Assembly (NCBI RefSeq): GCF_000341395.1
Contig: NC_020304.1
Location: 150,001-182,000, forward strand
DNA length: 32,000 bases
Source: Desulfocapsa sulfexigens DSM 10523
GTDB taxonomy: Bacteria > Desulfobacterota > Desulfobulbia > Desulfobulbales > Desulfocapsaceae
Reading direction: 5' to 3'
Part shown: one piece after another, positions 25,821 to 32,000 of the stretch
How positions within the stretch are numbered: the stretch's first letter is position 1
How the letters are laid out: each line of letters opens with the position of its first letter
The notes under the pieces: model-generated
The model's database searches: none
Told to the model about the DNA's origin: nothing
Seen by the model: the letters and a program-made list of their open reading frames with translations, nothing else
Position numbers and translations under genes: made by a program

Positions 25821-26888
25821 ATGGAAAACGCAAAGGACATAACGGAGTATAAATTTTCCGATATTATCGCATCCCCCTCTATCAAAGAGCGCTTTGAAAA
25901 GGTACGCAAATATTTTTTTCTCCGTGAATCCACCTACGACATGAGCAATCGCTGCAATCTCCGTTGCGAAGGCTGTTATTATTATGCCGGAGAGACCGAG
26001 AAACAGTTCGCCGAAGAGAATCTCAACCCGGCCGACTGGCAGCAGCTCATGGAGGCCGAGAAAGAACGTGGCATTACCTTTGTGGTGCTCGCCGGAGCCG
26101 AGCCATCCTACGTCCCCGAACTCTGTAAAACATGTTATGACACTATTCCCCTGGGCTGCATTGCCAGCAATGGTCTGATGCCCCTGGCCAAAGAAATCGA
26201 TTATCGCATCCATATTTCTGTCTGGGGAAATGACAAAACCAGCCTTGAAATCAGAAAGGCCAAGAATATGCTGGTCCGGCAGATGGAAAATTACCAGGGA
26301 GACTCAAGGGCTATCTGGGTTTACACCTTTACCCCCGTCAATATTGACCAGGCCCGGGAAGTGACGGAAACACTGGCTGCAAACAATCATCAGATTACCT
26401 TCAACATGTTTTCTGCCCCCACTGACTACAATGGGCATCTTCGCCACACCCCGCAAACGCTGGCCCATACCCGTGCTGTCATGAGTGAGCTTTTGGCCGA
26501 ATTTCCGGAAACTGTTGTATTCTCCCCTTATAATATCGTGGCCCATACCCATGAACAGGGACTCCATTCCCTCTTTTCCTGCTCTTACCCGCGCATGAAC
26601 CCATCAACCGCCATCGGGCTTGGGAGGTCGTTCCGTCAGTACCGTACCGACCTGCAGTGGGATCGAGCTGCTGCATGCTGCGTGCCGGACACGGACTGTG
26701 ATGATTGCCGCCACTATGCTGCTGGAAGTGCCGTGGTTACAGCCAGGATGTATCGCCATGCAACTACCCCGCAGCATTTTTCCGCCTGGCTCGACTATGT
26801 GGATACCTATCTTGCAGTGTGGGTGAAAGGCTACGATAAAGGCGAAAACCTTTGTAAAGAAATGATTGAACCTCCAGAACAGAGTTGA
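25821..26888 (+). CDS. Radical SAM protein (no B12 domain) with a C-terminal CC-x5-C-x2-C cysteine cluster
   Basis: SNRCNLRCEGCYY (CxxxCxxC) near residue 43, LAGAEPS (GGEP-like), and C-terminal AACCVPDTDCDDC. It is a clear paralog of the next gene. Confidence 0.85.
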   Translation: MENAKDITEYKFSDIIASPSIKERFEKVRKYFFLRESTYDMSNRCNLRCEGCYYYAGETEKQFAEENLNPADWQQLMEAEKERGITFVVLAGAEPSYVPELCKTCYDTIPLGCIASNGLMPLAKEIDYRIHISVWGNDKTSLEIRKAKNMLVRQMENYQGDSRAIWVYTFTPVNIDQAREVTETLAANNHQITFNMFSAPTDYNGHLRHTPQTLAHTRAVMSELLAEFPETVVFSPYNIVAHTHEQGLHSLFSCSYPRMNPSTAIGLGRSFRQYRTDLQWDRAAACCVPDTDCDDCRHYAAGSAVVTARMYRHATTPQHFSAWLDYVDTYLAVWVKGYDKGENLCKEMIEPPEQS

Positions 26889-26893
26889 AAAAT

Positions 26894-27892
26894 ATGAAAA
26901 CAGTCAGTTCCCTCCTCGATCCTCAATGGTACGAGCGCTATAAAAAAATATCCAGACTCAATATCCGCAGCTCCATCTACGATGTAACGGATCGCTGCAA
27001 TCTTCGCTGTAAAGGCTGCTTCTTCTTTTCGTCCGGTGAGCACGAACGTGCCGCAGAAGAAAAGGATATAGACAAATGGCATGACTTTGTGGAAAAGGAG
27101 ATGGATCGCGGCGTAAATCTAGCCATCCTTATCGGTGGTGAGCCCACACTCTGCATGGACAGAATTGAAGCATTTTACAAACGACTGCCCACCTTTTGTG
27201 CAACCAACGGACTCATCAAGGTTCCCCGTGATCGGTTCCCTGATATGATGGTTGGCCTCTCCCTCTGGGGTGATGCTGAGGACGAAATTGCCCTTCGCGG
27301 TCAGGACACCTTCAAAATTACCAGTGCCAACTATGGAGGTGATCCCCATGCCTACTATCTCTACACCATCACCCCGAAACAGCTGGGGAAAACCGGAAAG
27401 ATAATTCAGAAGGTTCAGGATATCGGACTGAAGGTTCATATGCAGTTGCTTTCCAACGATGAGGATGTCAATGGATTTTCATGGAAACCTGAAGAACTGC
27501 TGGACATCCGCCAGGAGATGGATGCCATGCTTGATGCTTACCCCAATACGGTGGTCTCATCAAAATATTACCATGAAGTTATCACCACCGGAAAGATGCT
27601 GGGCCGAACATTTGGCTGGTCGGAATGTCCGTCGGTAACCATTTTACGTGACAATCGGGATCCGCAACCCAAGCGGCTCACAAACTTTATCCGCTATGCA
27701 TCGGATCTTAAAACAGTCCACCGCTGCTGCACTTCTGAAACCCGTGACTGCTCCACCTGTAAAGATGGTGCGGCCCATATGAGCTGGGTAATGGTCAATA
27801 AACGTGCCCACATCAAAACAACGAAGGATCTGCAGAATTGGATTGAAGTGTACGAGATGTTTGCAAAATTATACCAGTTTATTCCCTGGTAG
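26894..27892 (+). CDS. Radical SAM protein (no B12 domain) with a C-terminal CC-x6-C-x2-C cysteine cluster
   Basis: TDRCNLRCKGCFF, IGGEPT, and C-terminal RCCTSETRDCSTC. I prefer the ATG at 26894. The track uses the TTG at 26885, which overlaps the previous stop. Confidence 0.85.
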   Translation: MKTVSSLLDPQWYERYKKISRLNIRSSIYDVTDRCNLRCKGCFFFSSGEHERAAEEKDIDKWHDFVEKEMDRGVNLAILIGGEPTLCMDRIEAFYKRLPTFCATNGLIKVPRDRFPDMMVGLSLWGDAEDEIALRGQDTFKITSANYGGDPHAYYLYTITPKQLGKTGKIIQKVQDIGLKVHMQLLSNDEDVNGFSWKPEELLDIRQEMDAMLDAYPNTVVSSKYYHEVITTGKMLGRTFGWSECPSVTILRDNRDPQPKRLTNFIRYASDLKTVHRCCTSETRDCSTCKDGAAHMSWVMVNKRAHIKTTKDLQNWIEVYEMFAKLYQFIPW

Positions 27893-27908
27893 TGTTCCGT
27901 AGGATTTC

Positions 27909-29165
27909 ATGGGAAACAAAACCCCGGTCATCATTGGCTACGATGCCATTTCCGCACTCGGCAACGATCTTGAGCTGCAGTGGCAGGATGCCCTGGCTGG
28001 AAAAAGCGGTATCGGCCCTCTCTCCCGCTTCCCCCTGAAAGATGATTTTCCCGTTCGCATCGCTGGGCAGGTTCCTGATTTTGAGGATACGGACAAGAAG
28101 TACCCCTTTCTCACAGCCAGACATCAGGCTAGCTGGAGTTCCCCGGTTTTTAAATACGGAATGCTCTCCGTTGCCAGAGCGCTCGAATCTTCCGGTCTTG
28201 AAATAACCCCGGAACTTGCCCCACGGGTAGCTGTTACCTACAGCTCAGCGGTGGGTGGTCTCGATGCCGTCTTACATGCGGACAGACGACTCCAGGCTGA
28301 AAACAAACTCCCCCATCCCTACGCAAATCCCAACTCCTGTATCAATATGATTGGCGGTAAAATCGCCATCCTGACCGGAGCCCAGGGACCCATTGTAACC
28401 CCGGTCACCGCCTGTGCCACCGGCCTCACTTCCATGCTCACAGGAGCTATGTTCCTGGCCCAGGGCCGGGCGGACGTTGCCATCTGCGGGGCCGTTGATT
28501 TTGCTCTTGTTGAGCCCATTGTCGCAGGCTTTTACACCATGAACGGTGTCTACATCCCAAAGGAAGGCAATGAAGATGAAGCACCGGAACGTGCCAGCCG
28601 TCCCTTTTCCCGCAACCGGCGCGGGTTTATTATCTCAGAGGGTGCTGGAGCTGTGATTCTGGCCACCCCTGAATTCGCCAGAAATCATGGCCTGGGGTTC
28701 AGCATTGAGCTCAGCGGATGGGGAATGACCTCGGATGCCCACCATTTTGTAGCGCCTAACTTTGCAACCGTCAGGCAGTGCATGCAGAATGCCATGGATG
28801 ATGCCGGTATCAGTCCTGCTGAGATAGCGGTAATTAACGCCCATGCCGCATCAACAAAGGTTGGTGACAAGGTGGAATATGATGCCATCACAGCACTCTT
28901 TGGTAAAAACACACCTCCGGTGACTGCCAACAAATCACTCATCGGCCATCCCATGGGGGCATCGAGCGTTATAGAGTCCATTTTCAGCTTTCAGGGTATG
29001 CGTGATGGCGTACTTCCGCCCACTATTAACTACCTGCCAGACCCCGAGATTGTTATTGACTGTGTCGCAAACGAAAAACGAAAACTTGAACAGGAGTTTG
29101 TTCTGAAAAACTCTTTCGGCTTTGGCGGCTGTAACAGTTGTGCCATATTTAAACGGATACACTAA
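27909..29165 (+). CDS. Beta-ketoacyl-ACP synthase (KAS II-like, full Cys-His-His triad)
   Basis: VTACATGLTS (Cys), SDAHHFVAP (His), NAHAASTKVGD (His), GHPMGASS and SFGFGGCNSC. Confidence 0.9.
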   Translation: MGNKTPVIIGYDAISALGNDLELQWQDALAGKSGIGPLSRFPLKDDFPVRIAGQVPDFEDTDKKYPFLTARHQASWSSPVFKYGMLSVARALESSGLEITPELAPRVAVTYSSAVGGLDAVLHADRRLQAENKLPHPYANPNSCINMIGGKIAILTGAQGPIVTPVTACATGLTSMLTGAMFLAQGRADVAICGAVDFALVEPIVAGFYTMNGVYIPKEGNEDEAPERASRPFSRNRRGFIISEGAGAVILATPEFARNHGLGFSIELSGWGMTSDAHHFVAPNFATVRQCMQNAMDDAGISPAEIAVINAHAASTKVGDKVEYDAITALFGKNTPPVTANKSLIGHPMGASSVIESIFSFQGMRDGVLPPTINYLPDPEIVIDCVANEKRKLEQEFVLKNSFGFGGCNSCAIFKRIH

Positions 29166-29176
29166 GAATACAAGAT

Positions 29177-30442
29177 ATGAGAGCACCACTTAACAGACGG
29201 GTTTTTGTAGCCGGATATGCGGCGGCAACCCCACTCGGAAATACCTTTGAGAAGACCTGGGCCGCTGCAATACAGGGAAAGGCAGCTTTCCGCCGTGTAA
29301 CACGGTGCGAAACCGAAAGCCGCTCCAACGTGGTTGGTGAAATCCCGGACTGGGATCCATCACTTCTCCCCTATGTGAACCGTAAAGAAGCCTCTATCTG
29401 GAACGCAGATTACATTTTCCTCACCATGGAGATGTGCAGGCAGGCCCTGGAAAATGCCGGTCTTGAAATGACTGAGGAGACCGGTCCAAGAACGGCATGC
29501 ATGATAGGTTCTGCACTCAACGGCACCGATTCCTACCGGATTGCCATGGATAACTATGTCAACCGTGGCCCGTTCAAGGTAAGCCCCTATCTCCTTCCAA
29601 ACGTATGCGCCAATCTGCCAGCCGGAAAAGCAGGAATGCTGCTCAATTTCACCGGCCCTATCTTCTCTCCACAGGGCGCCTGCGCCTCGGGCAACCACGC
29701 AATCGCCATCGGCTCGAGAATGATACGGGATGGTGATTGTGACTTTGTCCTCGCCGGTGGAGTCGAAACCTGCATAATCCCCGAAATCATCCAGGGATTC
29801 TCCAATATGCTTGCCACCATTAAAGTAGGCCATAAAGATCGTGCCTACGATGATCCGACTCAGGCCTCACGCCCCTTCAGTTTGGATCGCAAGGGATTTG
29901 TCCTCTCCGAGGGCGCCGGGGTACTTCTTCTTGCTGCAGAAGACAAAATTGAATCACTTGGACTTAGCAAAAAAGCTGAAGTTGCAGGGGTCGGCTGGAC
30001 CTCAGATGCGAAACACTTCACCCGGCCAAACCGGGAAACAATCGTCCGGGCAATCCACGACGCCATTTACGATGCCGAAATCAGTCCACAGGATATCGGC
30101 AGCATCAACGCCCACGGCACATCCACTCCGACCGGCGATGCCACTGAGGTTGAGTGCATGCGTGAGGTGTTCGGTAAAGAAATCAGTAAAATTCCGGTTA
30201 CAGCCAACAAATCACAGGTTGGACACAGTCTGGGGGCATCGGCTGCCATTGAGGCAGCACTTTCTATTGAAGCGATGAGCCAATCCATACTCCTGCCCAC
30301 GGTCAATCATATTCCCGATCCGGCCTTTGCAGATATTGATGTCGTTCCGAGTCAAACCCGTAAGCACTCCTACGAACATATACTTTCCAACTCATTCGGC
30401 TTTGGTGGAACCAATTGCTGTATAGTCTTTAAAGGAATCTGA
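29177..30442 (+). CDS. Beta-ketoacyl-ACP synthase (KAS I/II-like, full Cys-His-His triad)
   Basis: QGACASGNHA (Cys), SDAKHFTRP (His), NAHGTSTPTGD (His), GHSLGASAA and SFGFGGTNCC. Confidence 0.9.
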   Translation: MRAPLNRRVFVAGYAAATPLGNTFEKTWAAAIQGKAAFRRVTRCETESRSNVVGEIPDWDPSLLPYVNRKEASIWNADYIFLTMEMCRQALENAGLEMTEETGPRTACMIGSALNGTDSYRIAMDNYVNRGPFKVSPYLLPNVCANLPAGKAGMLLNFTGPIFSPQGACASGNHAIAIGSRMIRDGDCDFVLAGGVETCIIPEIIQGFSNMLATIKVGHKDRAYDDPTQASRPFSLDRKGFVLSEGAGVLLLAAEDKIESLGLSKKAEVAGVGWTSDAKHFTRPNRETIVRAIHDAIYDAEISPQDIGSINAHGTSTPTGDATEVECMREVFGKEISKIPVTANKSQVGHSLGASAAIEAALSIEAMSQSILLPTVNHIPDPAFADIDVVPSQTRKHSYEHILSNSFGFGGTNCCIVFKGI

Positions 30443-30447
30443 GTACC

Positions 30448-30930
30448 ATGCGACCAAAGCCATTTATCCCCGAGCTTCTCCCTCAGCACCCCAATCATGT
30501 AAAAGATAGGAACAGTGGTCTGATCTGGCACAAAAGCGAAATGCGTACCCTCTATGTGGATACTGACAGGTCCCAGGTTGTTTACCATGCCAACTATCTG
30601 CGATATTTTGAATTTGGCCGGGCAGAACTTATGCGGGGGGCCAACTATCCCTACAAGAAGATCGAAGAAAGTGGCTACGTCTATCCCATCATCAAGACTG
30701 AACTCAACTATTTCACCCCGCTCTTCTATGACGATCTCATGTATATCCACACCCGGCCTTCCAGCATCGAACTGGTTAAACTGCAGTTTGACTATCTGAT
30801 CACCCGGGCGTCAGACGGTGAGATTATCTGTACCGGTTTCACCAAGCATTGCGCAATCAACAGTGACGGAATTCCGGTCAAGATCGATGAGAAAACAATC
30901 AAACTCTGGGAAAGTTTTCCAACAGAATAA
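30448..30930 (+). CDS. 4HBT/YbgC-type hotdog acyl thioesterase
   Basis: YVDTDRSQVVYHANYLRYFEFGRAELMR, the 4HBT-class Asp and HxN..Y..YFE pattern. The true start may be the internal ATG at 30541. Confidence 0.8.
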   Translation: MRPKPFIPELLPQHPNHVKDRNSGLIWHKSEMRTLYVDTDRSQVVYHANYLRYFEFGRAELMRGANYPYKKIEESGYVYPIIKTELNYFTPLFYDDLMYIHTRPSSIELVKLQFDYLITRASDGEIICTGFTKHCAINSDGIPVKIDEKTIKLWESFPTE

Positions 30931-31772
30931 TGACAAGCCGTCAAGCTGTTCACATTCCCGTTCATCCCTGGTTCAAAGATCATCATTTTAATGGACAGAC
31001 AATTTTACCGGCGGTTGAGAGCATGCTTCTCCTTGCTGAAGTTGCTAAGAAAATACAACCTGACATTCAGATATGTACGATGACAGAGGCACATTTTTCC
31101 AAATTTCTGCCCATCCCCGCAAACGCAACGGAGTTATCAGTCCTGGTGGAGATTGATGCAGGTGAAGAGGTACTTCGCCTCAAGCTGCTCAGTAAAATGC
31201 AACTCAAAAAAATCAGCAGAATTAAAGAGCATGCCGAGCTATGCTTTCCTCTAAAAGAACCTACCATAGAGACTGTTACGCAAAACAGTGCAACGGACAG
31301 CCATATTGAAATAGGAGCCGATAGAATCTATAGAGAACTTGTTCCCTTCGGTCCAAGTTACCGCAGCCTTACAGGGACATTGCAGATATGCGGCAATACC
31401 GCCTGTGGTACCCTCCAGGCCCCAACACTTACACACCAGCATGTGATGGAAAAGGATATAGGATCTCCTTTTCCACTTGATGGTGCCATGCACGCCGCCT
31501 GCGTACTGGGACAATGCCTTGCAGATTTTGTCCCTTTCCCCGTCGGCTTTGCCACACGCTGCATTCACAGCCCAACACGGGCGGGTCAGCAGTACAGCAC
31601 CACAGTACTTGCCCGGTCAGTAACAAAAGATGAACTGCTCTTTGATTTATCTATTTTTGATACAAAGGGAAATATCTGCGAAACGATCAGAGGATTGCGG
31701 ATGCGCGATGTGAGCCGAGGGACAATCAGGTCTCCCCTGGATTTACCCAGGCAGAAAGTTTCTCAACCATAA
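30930..31772 (+). CDS. Stand-alone PKS-type double-hotdog dehydratase
   Basis: HPWFKDHHFNGQTILPAV matches HxxxGxxxxP exactly. LDGAMHAAC supplies the DxxxH/Q second-half motif. The 280-aa size fits a double hotdog. It forms a TAATG overlap with the thioesterase stop. Confidence 0.75.
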   Translation: MTSRQAVHIPVHPWFKDHHFNGQTILPAVESMLLLAEVAKKIQPDIQICTMTEAHFSKFLPIPANATELSVLVEIDAGEEVLRLKLLSKMQLKKISRIKEHAELCFPLKEPTIETVTQNSATDSHIEIGADRIYRELVPFGPSYRSLTGTLQICGNTACGTLQAPTLTHQHVMEKDIGSPFPLDGAMHAACVLGQCLADFVPFPVGFATRCIHSPTRAGQQYSTTVLARSVTKDELLFDLSIFDTKGNICETIRGLRMRDVSRGTIRSPLDLPRQKVSQP

Positions 31773-32000
31773 CCCGACTGAGCCAGCGAAAAAAGATTAT
31801 GGTATATTTTGCACCTGAAAAATACATCCCAAGCCCGAAGACAGGAAAAGACAGGCCATAGGCCAGCGGCCCACCAATAACTGCGAGTAGAGGTTCATTA
31901 AATTTTATGGCCAGTACTCCCAGAACGGCAACGGCTGGCCAGCCCAGGAGAGATCCTAGAATAATTAACAGAACACCAGTAATGACCTCCAGAGAAGGTT
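31726..32000 (-). CDS. Integral membrane protein, C-terminal 90 aa only (gene enters from beyond the window)
   Basis: The open minus-strand frame reads PSLEVITGVLLIILGSLLGWPAVAVLGVLAIKFNEPLLAVIGGPLAYGLSFPVFGLGMYFSGAKYTIIFFRWLSRVMVEKLSAWVNPGET, with its stop at 31726-31728. It has at least two hydrophobic helices. It is not in the ORF track because no start codon lies in the window. I recognise no family. Confidence 0.4.
   Translation of the reverse strand, partial: PSLEVITGVLLIILGSLLGWPAVAVLGVLAIKFNEPLLAVIGGPLAYGLSFPVFGLGMYFSGAKYTIIFFRWLSRVMVEKLSAWVNPGET

Noticed and set aside
21312-31772. Reading the cluster as a PUFA (pfa-type) synthase or as the housekeeping fab operon
   Set aside because: All catalytic domains are on discrete small proteins, so there are no multidomain Pfa megasynthases. 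There is no FabD, FabH or FabI/K and no accBC. The KS, ACP and DH paralogs are multiplied and interleaved with radical SAM genes, unlike core fab loci.
1-32000. Mobile elements, prophage, defence systems, CRISPR arrays, and tRNA or rRNA genes
   Set aside because: I found no transposase, integrase, Cas or restriction-type motifs in any long ORF. There are no direct-repeat and spacer arrays and no tRNA-like or rRNA-like segments. The window appears to be a single metabolic island.

Overview
About 90% of this window is coding. It is taken up by one large lipid or polyketide-type biosynthetic gene cluster arranged in three operon blocks, with two sensor kinases embedded in it. I saw no rRNA, tRNA, CRISPR array, transposase or integrase.

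Operon blocks:
- Minus-strand block A (4966 down to 1): ACP, an atypical ketosynthase, a PlsC-type acyltransferase, a cobalamin-type (class B) radical SAM, a SPASM radical SAM, and the 5' end of a CrtI-like flavin desaturase that runs off the window.
- Minus-strand block B (14974 down to 6326): FabZ-like dehydratase, FabG ketoreductase, LolA-like carrier, lipoprotein, class B radical SAM, adenylate-forming ligase, a DhaL-DegV fusion, a GT2 glycosyltransferase and an LpxL/HtrB-type acyltransferase.
- Plus-strand block (21312-31772): ACP, a KS/CLF-like didomain protein, class B radical SAM, FabZ-like dehydratase, ACP, two paralogous radical SAM genes, two canonical ketosynthases, a hotdog thioesterase and a PKS-type double-hotdog dehydratase.
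- A fourth class B radical SAM (15701-17245) sits alone behind a 609-nt leader.
- Sensor kinases: a PAS histidine kinase (5202-6308) and a 1118-aa hybrid kinase (17584-20940).

Totals: 7 radical SAM genes, 4 KS genes carrying 5 KS-like domains, 3 ACPs, 3 dehydratases, 1 ketoreductase and 1 thioesterase. There is no enoyl reductase in the window.

The LolA, lipoprotein, GT2, acyltransferase, ligase and thioesterase set resembles aryl-polyene (APE) clusters. The radical SAM plus CrtI-like plus KS/ACP content resembles the gene sets proposed, but never proven, for anammox ladderane lipids. I regard the cluster as a candidate pathway for an uncharacterised, radical-SAM-tailored, polyene-derived membrane or outer-membrane lipid.

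All product calls come from motifs read in the supplied translations. No database search was possible. A Desulfobacterota-like host is only a guess from the character of the proteins.
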